From Telmatocola sphagniphila (GTDB lineage Bacteria; Planctomycetota; Planctomycetia; Gemmatales; Gemmataceae), in the NCBI RefSeq assembly GCF_018398935.1, contig NZ_CP074694.1, positions 6,240,001-6,272,000 of the forward strand: 32,000 nucleotides of DNA. The letters run 5' to 3'. The position numbers were made by a program, and so were the translations under genes. Positions 1-8,469 of this stretch are shown one piece after another (within the stretch, counting starts at the first letter, position 1; each line of letters opens with the position of its first letter). The notes beneath the pieces were generated by a model, which saw only the letters and a list, made by a program, of their open reading frames with translations, had not been told where the DNA came from and ran no database searches.

Positions 1-3000
1 GTAGATCCAGTTCGGTTCGCCGAAGCCGTGCACTTTCAGCATGCCATCGGCTGTCAGACAGAAAGATTCGGGCTGAATCCGGCCATGATGCAAACCGACC
101 TGAGAAGCGGTATATAAGGCGAGCCCCGCCTGGGAAATCAAGCGGAACCAGACACCCGGTGCCGCGGCCAGGGCCGGCCATTCGTCTCCCGGCAATCCCG
201 TCAGCCACTCTTGAAGCACGGCCGGTCGCCCGGCGATATCCAGCACCTCATAGGTGGCGCGGATGTTCGGATGGGCCAGATCGCGGGCCACCCGGTACCG
301 TTCCCGATACTCATCGGGGCGGATGGCATCCTGCATTTCGCTCTCGGCCAAATGTCGAAGCAGACAAATGCCTTCCGGACCTTGCGGCCCCGAGCGTCGG
401 GAATCGGCCAGCCCCTGCGGATCGTAGACCTTGTACTGGGCCTCGCGGGATGTGCCCGGCAACCGGTCGATGACGCGGAAGCGACCCAGTACCAGGCCGT
501 TGATATTTCCCGCTTCGATCAGAGCCATCTGATAGACGGTGAGGGCGTTGCTGGCGAGAAGAACCTGCCGCAACTGCTTGTTGGAATTCCTCGCCACCGT
601 CCACAGTGCGTTCAGCGTTTCCGAATCGACCAGATCGTAGGTGCGGAGCATTTCGCCGAGCTTACGATCGCCCGCATCGAGTTCTTCCACTCGAATCGGC
701 ATTACCTGATCTTCCAGCAACATCGGCAGGATCGAATGATCGTCGAGTTCTTCCGGATCTGAGGCGCGACTCCCGTCGACCAGTTCCCGCAGCTTCTGGC
801 GGTACCATTCGCGCATATCTTTCAAATGGCGTTCGACATCGCCCCGTTTCTCGGCGATAAACTTTCGTTCCTTTTCGATCTCTTCGCTCTTGTGAGCCAG
901 TTCGATCGTAGTGACTTCGATGAACGCCTGCTTTTGCGCGCTTTGCGTCTGATTCTGTGCGATCGTCTGCCGCAAACCAGAGAAGCGGCTCTGCCATTCG
1001 AGCAATTGTTGTTTGAAGGAGGCGACCGAGTGCCGATGTTCGGTACGAGCCCGGTTCAGGTTGGCTTCCTGCTGGCGGAGTTTCTCGACTTCACTCGAAA
1101 GTTGATCGCGAATCGCCTGCAGTTCTTCCTGGCTCTGTCGGGCGTAGGAATGCAATTCGGAAAGCTGACCGCGCAACTGATCGCGAACCTGGTTGGTTTT
1201 TTCCAGCGAACCTTGAATGCGCTGTTCGAATTCGGGAATCGAGTTCCGCAATTCGGCGGCGTGACTGGTCAAATCGGTGTGATAGAGACTCAGCTTTTTG
1301 TAAGCTTCGTCGGTCTGCTCGGCCGTCAAACGGCGATCCTGAGACAGGATGGCGCGAACTTCGGCAAGATCGTTCTTCTGTTTCTCGATGGTCGTCTCGG
1401 CCTGACGAAGCAACTCGCTCTGTTGACGGAGCTGTTCGTCCTTTTTGGCCAGTTCGGCGAAGTGGCTTTCCGAGATCTGGCGGGCGGCGATGGCATCGGC
1501 CCGCAGCGATTCCAAAGCGTCGGCCTGTTCCTGAAGCAGTTTGGTCTGATCTTCGAGTTGCTGCGCCTTGTCGCCCAGTTCCTTTTGCTGCTGAGCCAAT
1601 TCATCGGATCGACGGCGCAGCTGTTCCTGCAGTATTCGCCGGGGTTCATCGGCCGATAACAATTCGTTTTCGCGGACCCGAAGCGAAGCGCGATCCTCGT
1701 CGAGCTTGTGTTGAAGTTCGTTCAATTGTGCCGTGCGAGCCTTCCAGAGGGCGGCTTCCTCGGCCAGCTCATCTTTCCGGCGGGCCAACTCCTCTTCCCG
1801 GCGCCGTAGCCCGGTATCCTGATCGGCCAGCTGATCCTGCAAAGCGCGAAGCTGCATCATCGCCTGCCGCATCATTTCGGAGCGTTCCGCGAAGACCTTC
1901 TGACCTTCGCTGACCGAAAGAGTCTGATCCGCCAGCGATTCGCGCAACAGTTCGGCTTCGCGGAGTTTGTCGCGGGCTTCCTTCAGATAAGAGTCCTGCT
2001 TCAGGCGTTCGTCGGCAATACGAGCGGTTTCCTTCTGGAACTCTTCGCGCTCGCGTTCGAGCTGATTGCGAAGATTAGCGAGCATCGCCTGCTGAGTTTC
2101 CAACTGGGCGATGCGAGTATTGAGAACCGATTCGCGGTCCTGAAGGTCGCGCATGCGATTGTACAGCACGGTCTCTTCGAGCAGGATTTTTTCCCGTCGG
2201 TCGTCCAGTTCCCGGGCCTGGCTTTCGAAGGTTCCGGCATCGGCGCGATATTTTTCAAAGTGCGAATCGATTTCGGCAGCGCGGGCCGCCAAATCTTTGT
2301 CTTTCGCATCGAGTTCCAGCTGCAGTTCGCCCAACCGCACCAGATTGGTGCGGAATTTCGCTTTGAGTTCCTCGACGCTCTCGGCATCCCGGTCGATCGC
2401 CGCTTCGCGTTCTTTCAGACGGAATTCCCAGGTCGTCAATTCATTTTCTTTAGCGATCCAGCGTTCCTGCCACTCGCTTTCCTTGGCGAGGTAACGTTCC
2501 TGCCAGGCTTTCTGCTCGGCATCCAGCGCCGCCTGGGACTGCTTCCACTCCTCGTAGCGGCTTTCGATTCCCCGTATCCGGTCTTCGATTTCGGATTCCC
2601 GTTTCAGCAGTTCCTGCCAGCGCGGCTCGAATTGCCGGATCTGATCGTCGTGCATGTTGCGCTGTTCGCGCAGCTGCACCGCCGCTTCCCGAATGCTGAG
2701 CTGGAACCGATCGAGTTCTTCGCCCCGTTTGCGGTACTTTTCGTAGAAATCGGCTTCGAGCTGCGCTCGAAACTGCGAATAGCCGGTATCCTTCTGTTCG
2801 ATCCAGATACGCCATTCCGCTTCGGCCTGTTCGCGACGCTGGGCTAACTCGGCTTCTAGAGAGGTCCGACGATTCGTCAGTTCTTCTTCAATTTCCTGCC
2901 GTCGTTTGTCGATTTCCGATTCGAGAACTTTCCGCCGTTCTTCCCAGTCTTCGGAAAGAACCTTTTCGCGTTCCTGCAGTTCGTGGCGTTGCTGCTGGAG

Positions 3001-3783
3001 TTCCAGTCGCATCCGTTCGATATCGGACTGATGATTGGCGAGTTTATCCCGCCAATCGGCCAGTTCGACATGCTTTTTCTCAATAACGGCGTAGCGATCT
3101 TCGAGTTCTTTGCGCTTGTGAACATCCCCCTCTAATTCCGCACGCGACTGCTGATGTTCTTTCTCCATCTCCTCGCGACGGCGGTACCAGAGGATGCGGT
3201 CGTTCTCCAGCTCCTTCTGAGCATCGTGCAGTTTGCGTTCGCGGGCCTGCAGTTCCTGATGCCGAATGCGGAATTCATTCTCGAGCATCTCTTGAGCGCT
3301 GAGAGCCGGTTTCGAGGGTTTCGGAGGCGCCGGCGGTGGGACAGGTTCGGGCTGTTTCGCTTCCTCCACAGGCGGAGTAAAGGCGGGAGGAGTCTCCGGC
3401 GGCAGTATCGGTTGCGGGGCCGGCACATCCTGATCGATATTCAACAGGATGTCGGTTCGTCCGATGGTGATCGTGTCGCCCTGGTTCAGGACGGCGAGAT
3501 TCGAATTCGATACTGGCTGACCATTCAAAAGCACTGGGGTGTTCTGGGCGACTTTACGAAGTTTCACACCGTCCGGTTTACGCAGCAGAATGCAGACTAC
3601 CGGGGGAAGTCCGGTTCCTGGAAGGCGCAACTCGCAACCGGCGGCCGCGCCGATCAAAAATTCTTCGCGAGTCATTTCCGAGGAAGACGAGGACGATTTG
3701 CCGTGGCGCACCTCGATGCGAACCCCCGGTAACCGCTCGGTGGTCGGCGTCGAAGCTCGCGATCCAAAAAAGAAGCTGGCCAT
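1..3783 (-). CDS. Giant FHA / coiled-coil / kinase-like (probable pseudokinase) protein. The C-terminus runs off the window, with 1261 codons visible.
   Basis: Absent from the supplied ORF track because no stop codon lies inside the window. Manual reverse-strand translation in the register of the ATG (complement of 3781-3783) stays open to position 1. The N-terminus MASFFFGSRAS...EFLIGAAAGCELRLPGTGLPPVVCILLRKPDGVKLRKVAQNTPVLLNGQPVSNSNLAVLNQGDTITIGRTDILLNI has an FHA-fold pattern. A Pro-rich linker follows (PAPQPILPPETPPAFTPPVEEAKQPEPVPPPAPPKPSKP), then about 900 aa of E/K/R/Q/L heptad-like sequence. The last ~185 visible aa look like a protein-kinase N-lobe and catalytic loop (LAHPNIRATYEVL, LHHGRIQPESF, KVHGFGEP). 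The start codon is moderately certain, since no other ATG lies in frame before the upstream terminator. Confidence 0.8.
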   Translation of the reverse strand, partial: MASFFFGSRASTPTTERLPGVRIEVRHGKSSSSSSEMTREEFLIGAAAGCELRLPGTGLPPVVCILLRKPDGVKLRKVAQNTPVLLNGQPVSNSNLAVLNQGDTITIGRTDILLNIDQDVPAPQPILPPETPPAFTPPVEEAKQPEPVPPPAPPKPSKPALSAQEMLENEFRIRHQELQARERKLHDAQKELENDRILWYRRREEMEKEHQQSRAELEGDVHKRKELEDRYAVIEKKHVELADWRDKLANHQSDIERMRLELQQQRHELQEREKVLSEDWEERRKVLESEIDKRRQEIEEELTNRRTSLEAELAQRREQAEAEWRIWIEQKDTGYSQFRAQLEADFYEKYRKRGEELDRFQLSIREAAVQLREQRNMHDDQIRQFEPRWQELLKRESEIEDRIRGIESRYEEWKQSQAALDAEQKAWQERYLAKESEWQERWIAKENELTTWEFRLKEREAAIDRDAESVEELKAKFRTNLVRLGELQLELDAKDKDLAARAAEIDSHFEKYRADAGTFESQARELDDRREKILLEETVLYNRMRDLQDRESVLNTRIAQLETQQAMLANLRNQLEREREEFQKETARIADERLKQDSYLKEARDKLREAELLRESLADQTLSVSEGQKVFAERSEMMRQAMMQLRALQDQLADQDTGLRRREEELARRKDELAEEAALWKARTAQLNELQHKLDEDRASLRVRENELLSADEPRRILQEQLRRRSDELAQQQKELGDKAQQLEDQTKLLQEQADALESLRADAIAARQISESHFAELAKKDEQLRQQSELLRQAETTIEKQKNDLAEVRAILSQDRRLTAEQTDEAYKKLSLYHTDLTSHAAELRNSIPEFEQRIQGSLEKTNQVRDQLRGQLSELHSYARQSQEELQAIRDQLSSEVEKLRQQEANLNRARTEHRHSVASFKQQLLEWQSRFSGLRQTIAQNQTQSAQKQAFIEVTTIELAHKSEEIEKERKFIAEKRGDVERHLKDMREWYRQKLRELVDGSRASDPEELDDHSILPMLLEDQVMPIRVEELDAGDRKLGEMLRTYDLVDSETLNALWTVARNSNKQLRQVLLASNALTVYQMALIEAGNINGLVLGRFRVIDRLPGTSREAQYKVYDPQGLADSRRSGPQGPEGICLLRHLAESEMQDAIRPDEYRERYRVARDLAHPNIRATYEVLDIAGRPAVLQEWLTGLPGDEWPALAAAPGVWFRLISQAGLALYTASQVGLHHGRIQPESFCLTADGMLKVHGFGEPNWIY

Positions 3784-3942
3784 ATCCGTAAGCCACCCTA
3801 GAAGGCATCCTGCCTGACACGATGATGGCGCGCGGCCACCCGTGGCACGCCAGTAGAACCGATTTTGGCGATTCAGACAAGCTGAATTGATTGATGGGAA
3901 TGTTGGCAAGCTGGGCAAATTTGGTGGAGCGGGAAAATAACA

Positions 3943-3974
3943 AGCCAGAGGAGAGTCGAGACTCTCCACTGGCT
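3943..3974 (-). terminator. Rho-independent terminator candidate downstream of the glutathione peroxidase gene
   Basis: Inverted repeat AGCCAGAGGAGAGTC / GACTCTCCACTGGCT (15 bp, one mismatch) about 30 nt past the stop codon. On the transcribed minus strand it is followed by TGTTATTTTCCC. Confidence 0.6.
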
Positions 3975-4002
3975 TCGAGGTGTAACTAATGTTGCAGAGG
4001 AA

Positions 4003-4572
4003 TTACTTCTTTTCGAGTTCGACCTTAATGGCCTTCACCAGTTCATCCGATTCCGGCTTCACCTTGCTGGCGTAGCGGCCGACCACTTCGCCATTGCGAT
4101 TGACCAGGAACTTCTCAAAGTTCCAGCCGATGGGGCCATGGAACTTGGCGTCGGTCTTGGTGGTGAGATAGTCGTACAGTGGGCAGATGCCTGAGCCCTT
4201 GACCACCACTTTTGACATCATCGGGAAGGTGACGTTGTACTTGCTGGAGCAGAATTTGGAGATTTCTTCATCGGTGCCCGGTTCCTGAGCGCCGAATTCG
4301 TTGGCGGGAATGCCGATCACGACAAGTCCTTCTTTTTCGTAGGTCTTATACAGCTTTTGCAGACCTTCGTACTGCGGCGTGTAGCCGCACTTGCTGGCGA
4401 CGTTGACGAACAGGACGACCTTGCCTTTGTATTCGGACAGGTCGACCTCTTTACCGTCAATGCTTTTCATCTTGAAGCTTAATGCATTGGACACGAGGTT
4501 TTCTCCTCCCAGGGTGAAAGCGGCGAAGGGAAGTGTGAGGCAGAACATAACCAACAGACTGATTCGACGCAT
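4003..4572 (-). CDS. Glutathione peroxidase-family peroxidase with N-terminal signal peptide
   Basis: 189-aa ORF. Motifs NVASKCGYTPQYEGLQKLY (peroxidatic Cys), FPMMSKV and GPIGWNFEKFLV are typical of the GPx/BtuE family. The N-terminus MRRISLLVMFCLTLPFAAF is hydrophobic. Confidence 0.9.
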   Translation of the reverse strand: MRRISLLVMFCLTLPFAAFTLGGENLVSNALSFKMKSIDGKEVDLSEYKGKVVLFVNVASKCGYTPQYEGLQKLYKTYEKEGLVVIGIPANEFGAQEPGTDEEISKFCSSKYNVTFPMMSKVVVKGSGICPLYDYLTTKTDAKFHGPIGWNFEKFLVNRNGEVVGRYASKVKPESDELVKAIKVELEKK

Positions 4573-4663
4573 GTTGCAGAACTCCGGGTGAAATTAGGTT
4601 GCGAATCTCCAGGCAGATACTCCGTCGCGAGAAATATCTAACAGAGATTATAGGCATTCCCGC

Positions 4664-5899
4664 TTAGAGTTTTTCCAAGGGGCCATATGCGGTGGTGGTC
4701 ATTTGATCGATCGGATAGCGTTCGAGAGCTTCCGAGATTGACTTTCTGGTCACCAGATTGAGTTCGCGCAATTCGTCATCCACCGTGCGGTATTGATTCA
4801 AATAGGCCCAGTCCTTGGCGATAGTGAACATCCGCCGGGAAGTGCGCTCCCCAGCCCGCACTTCTCGCGAAGCGATCTTCGTTTTGGCCTGTTGCAGCTC
4901 TTCCTCGGTGATTCCGTTTTTTTGAACTTCCGCCAGCACTTCCCGGGCGATTTCCAGACATTCGGCCGCGTTTTCGGGATCGCAGGAATAGCTGACGAAC
5001 TGGCAACCAGCCCGGTCGTATTCGTCCGAACCCATGCCCGCATTGTCGGCCAGACCGGGATCGACGAGCGCCCAATAGAGCCGGCTACCGGTGTAATCGC
5101 CGACGATCGTGGACAGCACGGCCGAGGCGTAGCGCAGCGGGTGATCGGCCGCCGGGCCCGGGGCCATCATAATTACATATTCCTGGGCCGATTTTTCGGC
5201 GGGGACGGTCACGACCTTTTGACCGCCGGGGCCGGCGACTTCGTGGCGGTGCTGACGGACTACCTGACCGGCGGGCCAGTTCCCACAGGCCTTCTCAATC
5301 AATTTCGTGAAGGCCTCCCAGTCGTAGTTGCCGACGGCGATGGCATGAATATTCCCGGCAGTGTAGCGGGAGTCAAAGTACTTCTGCATCTGATCGCGGG
5401 TCAGGGCCGTGATGCTTTCGGTCGTGCCCAGCACCTGATTTCCCAGCGGATGATCCCGAAAGTAAAATTCTCGGGCCCGGTCGTACGCCGCCGATTGCGG
5501 TTGCACCGAGTAGCGGACGATCTCATCCAGAATGACTTTTTTTTCCGTATTGAAGTCTTCCTCGCGGAGACTGGGCCGCATGATATCGGCCAGAACGTCC
5601 ACCAGCTGAGGGAGATATTCGGGTAATACGGCGGCGTGGAAAACCGTGTTTTCTTCGCTGGTGAAAGCGTTATTATCGGCCCCGATCAACGAGAAATCTC
5701 GATTCACCTGAAATGGGTTGCGACGTTGCGTTCCCTTGAACACCATATGTTCGAGAAAGTGCGAAACGCCGAGGACATCGGGAGTTTCGTCCCGTCCTCC
5801 CGTTCGAACCCAGAAGGCCACGGCCGCCGAAAGGGCCGAGGGGTTCGTTTCGCCGATTATTTGCAAACCATTGGGCAGAACGTGCTGATGGAAATTCAT
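4664..5899 (-). CDS. M16 (pitrilysin/insulinase) family zinc peptidase
   Basis: 411-aa ORF with the inverted zinc motif HxxEH in GVSHFLEHMVFKGT. Length fits a two-lobed M16 subunit. Confidence 0.9.
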   Translation of the reverse strand: MNFHQHVLPNGLQIIGETNPSALSAAVAFWVRTGGRDETPDVLGVSHFLEHMVFKGTQRRNPFQVNRDFSLIGADNNAFTSEENTVFHAAVLPEYLPQLVDVLADIMRPSLREEDFNTEKKVILDEIVRYSVQPQSAAYDRAREFYFRDHPLGNQVLGTTESITALTRDQMQKYFDSRYTAGNIHAIAVGNYDWEAFTKLIEKACGNWPAGQVVRQHRHEVAGPGGQKVVTVPAEKSAQEYVIMMAPGPAADHPLRYASAVLSTIVGDYTGSRLYWALVDPGLADNAGMGSDEYDRAGCQFVSYSCDPENAAECLEIAREVLAEVQKNGITEEELQQAKTKIASREVRAGERTSRRMFTIAKDWAYLNQYRTVDDELRELNLVTRKSISEALERYPIDQMTTTAYGPLEKL

Positions 5900-6094
5900 T
5901 TAGTTACTGTAGCTTTCCGACGGCAGCCCGGACACCCGAAGAAGTCGAACGCGAAAGGATATAAATCGAGAAACTTCGAATAGGAATGCTTGACCGGACA
6001 TTTTTGGCAGAACATAATGGAATTTAGAATTACATGCCAGCCTGGGCATCGACATTTCCTTCCTTTTCTTCAAAGTCTCTGGGGTTTCTCCATC

Positions 6095-6835
6095 ATGTTC
6101 ATTTTCCGGCGTCTTGTGCCCATTGTGTGCGTGGTTTTATTTGCAGGAGTTCTAGCGGCTGCCGAACGAACTTATTCCGGGGTCGTCGATAAGGTCGATA
6201 CCAAGACCCGAGCCGTTTTGCTGAAGGACTTCAAGGAAGTTAAAGAAAGTAAGGATGGCAAGGAACCTAAAGGGAAAGTGGCCACCTACTATCTCACCGA
6301 TAAAGTCGAGCTTACCGACGACAAAGGAAACAAGATTGATGTGAAGGATGCCCAGAAACTCGAAGGCAAAGAGGTGACGGTCACGCTCAATGAAGCGGTC
6401 AAGAACAACAAGATCGAAGCGACCATCGTTGCCATCAAGATCGGCAAGCCGGATGAGAAAAGGGCAGGTAAGGGCGAAGAGAAGACGGCTAAGCGGGATG
6501 CTAAACGAGAAGATAAAAAAGATGCAGCCATGTCCAAAAACGATCCCTCCAAGGCGAATAAGCCCTCCGATTACACGGTGGTGAGCGCCGATGCCGCGAA
6601 GGGGGAAATTGCCGTGGAGGCCGGGGCCAGCAAGCTGACGATCAAAGTGGATGCCAATACCAAATTCATCGGACCCCGCGGCGGCGACCGGGGGGAAGGG
6701 GTCGCGGCGATGACCGCGGAGGACAATAAGGACCTGTTGACCGCCGGTTACAAGATCAAGGTCGTTATGGAAAAAGGCAAAGTGAAGGAAATTCACCTTC
6801 CCTACGCCAACTCCCTGAAGGATAAAGATAAATAG
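6095..6835 (+). CDS. Secreted Lys/Asp/Glu-rich hypothetical protein
   Basis: The ORF track opens at TTG 5990, but ATG 6095 yields a classical signal peptide MFIFRRLVPIVCVVLFAGVLAAAE. Two beta-rich modules flank a charged linker (KRAGKGEEKTAKRDAKREDKKD). No family recognised. Confidence 0.6.
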   Translation: MFIFRRLVPIVCVVLFAGVLAAAERTYSGVVDKVDTKTRAVLLKDFKEVKESKDGKEPKGKVATYYLTDKVELTDDKGNKIDVKDAQKLEGKEVTVTLNEAVKNNKIEATIVAIKIGKPDEKRAGKGEEKTAKRDAKREDKKDAAMSKNDPSKANKPSDYTVVSADAAKGEIAVEAGASKLTIKVDANTKFIGPRGGDRGEGVAAMTAEDNKDLLTAGYKIKVVMEKGKVKEIHLPYANSLKDKDK

Positions 6836-6857
6836 GATCTTACGGGTGATCTCAGGG

Positions 6858-6887
6858 AGCCCATCGAGTAGATTCGATGGGCTTTTT
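6858..6887 (+). terminator. Rho-independent terminator after the Lys-rich secreted protein gene
   Basis: Stem AGCCCATCGA / TCGATGGGCT (10 bp perfect), 6-nt loop GTAGAT, followed by TTTTAATT. Confidence 0.7.
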
Positions 6888-6925
6888 AATTGGCGGTGAG
6901 CGAATGCCATCAGGAATCTTGACCT

Positions 6926-7189
6926 ATGATTCAGGAATATATCGGGCAGAAAGTGGTCATCGATTTGCGTTCCGAATACGTCTGTCTGGGAACGCTGATT
7001 CGGGTGGATGAACATTTTCTCGAATTGAAAAATGTCGATCTGCACGATTTGCGGGACACCGATACCAGCCGCGAAAATTATGTCATTGCCTCGGTGAAAA
7101 CGGGTGTGAAACGCAATCGCAAAAAGCTCTTACTTTTTCGTTCCGAGCTGGTGGCCATTTCCTTACTGGAAGACGTCGTCGACCAATAA
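6926..7189 (+). CDS. Small Sm-like (LSm-fold) protein, tentative
   Basis: 87-aa ORF. IGQKVVIDLRSEYVCLGTLIRVDEHFLELKNV fits the Sm1 pattern (hydrophobic strand, G-x-L, D, N). KKLLLFRSELVAISLL fits an Sm2-like strand (compare archaeal IVIRGDNVLAIS). A ~25-aa insertion lies between them. The gene ends 9 nt before the SDR gene. Confidence 0.5.
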   Translation: MIQEYIGQKVVIDLRSEYVCLGTLIRVDEHFLELKNVDLHDLRDTDTSRENYVIASVKTGVKRNRKKLLLFRSELVAISLLEDVVDQ

Positions 7190-7198
7190 AAGACCTTC

Positions 7199-7987
7199 AT
7201 GAAACTCAAAGACAAAGCGATTCTGGTGACCGGCAGCAGTCAGGGCATTGGCCTGGCCGTGGGACTGGCCATGCTGCGGGAAGGCGCCCAAGTGGTCTTC
7301 CACTCCGAAAAGCCGATGTCTAAATGCGGCGAAGTCATCAAAGCCATTGGAACGCCGAACGCTTTTTATGTTCAGGCTGATCTGTCCAAAGAAGGGGAGG
7401 CCCGGCGACTGGTTCAGGTCGCGAGCGAGCGTTATGGTCCGCTGGACGCCCTGGTGAACAACGTCGGCACTTTTCGCGAACCGGAATTGCTGGCGGTCGC
7501 GAAGAAAGATTTCGAAGCGATTTTCAGTTTGAATGTCTGGTCGGCTTTGGAAGCCACTCAGGAATATGTACGCATCAATCAGAAAGCGGGTCGGGGCGGA
7601 CGGATTCTGTTCAGCAGTTCTCTAAATGGGACACGATCAGAGCCGGGACACACGCTCTATGATGCCAGCAAGGGTGCTCTGAATGCTCTGACCCGGCAAT
7701 TAGCTTTGGAACTGGCGCAGCTGGGGTTTACAACTGCCGCGGTGGCGCCGGGGCTGATTGAAACTCCCTTGACGGATTTTGGCATGAAATCCGATCCGGC
7801 GGTTCGCGAAGCGATACGCAAACAGATCCCCATCCAGCGCATCGGTACCATCGAAGATGTGGCCGAGTGGTATGTATTTCTGGCGTCGGACGCGGCGAAA
7901 TATGCGACAGGTCAAGTCGTCGCGGTCGACGGCGGACTCGACGCGCAGCAGATGGCGTTCCGTCCCATAGCCCACTCAGAGAGATGA
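7199..7987 (+). CDS. Short-chain dehydrogenase/reductase (SDR) family oxidoreductase
   Basis: 262-aa ORF with TGSSQGIGLA (TGxxxGxG cofactor site), NNVG and catalytic YDASKGAL (YxxxK). Confidence 0.92.
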   Translation: MKLKDKAILVTGSSQGIGLAVGLAMLREGAQVVFHSEKPMSKCGEVIKAIGTPNAFYVQADLSKEGEARRLVQVASERYGPLDALVNNVGTFREPELLAVAKKDFEAIFSLNVWSALEATQEYVRINQKAGRGGRILFSSSLNGTRSEPGHTLYDASKGALNALTRQLALELAQLGFTTAAVAPGLIETPLTDFGMKSDPAVREAIRKQIPIQRIGTIEDVAEWYVFLASDAAKYATGQVVAVDGGLDAQQMAFRPIAHSER

Positions 7988-8028
7988 ACGGGCCACCCGG
8001 TATTCGGATGACCCGAGATTATCCTCTA

Positions 8029-8250
8029 CTAAGGGGCAATTACACCGCTAGTACGGTTGGGTGTCAGAGTCGACGGATGGTCGTTGAACCAGAATCGACG
8101 CCATTCTTCCTGAATGTGTCGCATGTCTTCCGACTGGTTCATGAGTTGTTCGGTACGAACCCGTTCATCACTCGAATACTGATTGAGCATACAACCAGAG
8201 TTCAAGAGACCGACGGACGCCAGAACGGCCAATAGCAGTTTGCGAGCCAT
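8029..8250 (-). CDS. Small secreted protein or lipoprotein candidate
   Basis: 73-aa ORF with signal-like N-terminus MARKLLLAVLASVGLLNSGC. The Cys follows S-G, but the -3 position (N) is non-canonical for a lipobox. No family recognised. Confidence 0.45.
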   Translation of the reverse strand: MARKLLLAVLASVGLLNSGCMLNQYSSDERVRTEQLMNQSEDMRHIQEEWRRFWFNDHPSTLTPNRTSGVIAP

Positions 8251-8469
8251 CTCGCGCCTCCCCCTCTAGATAGCTGGCACGCGAGTGGTAAAGCACCCAC
8301 AATGCCATTCTAACGCTACCCATTATCCCCCTGGGTAACGTTCTACTTTCGGAATAATCGTCATTTCCCAAATACGACTTGAACACGCAATGGGAAATCT
8401 GAATCGATTTTTTGGATTTTCGGCCGAGGAGTGGATTTTAGGCAAGCATAGCAGAATGGAAAAACCGCC

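Noticed and set aside
826-3732. Long plus-strand ORFs (826-1659, 2260-2847, 3154-3732) and short minus-strand ORFs (2001-2387, 2877-3125, 3132-3428) in the ORF track
   Set aside because: They lie antisense to, or out of frame with, the 1261-codon minus-strand coiled-coil gene. Their products are low-complexity (F/L/R/G-rich) with no motifs. Codon-repetitive coiled-coil genes typically leave long open antisense frames.
5990-6094. TTG-initiated 35-codon N-terminal extension of the Lys-rich secreted protein
   Set aside because: The internal ATG 6095 yields a canonical signal peptide directly at the N-terminus. The extension would bury it.
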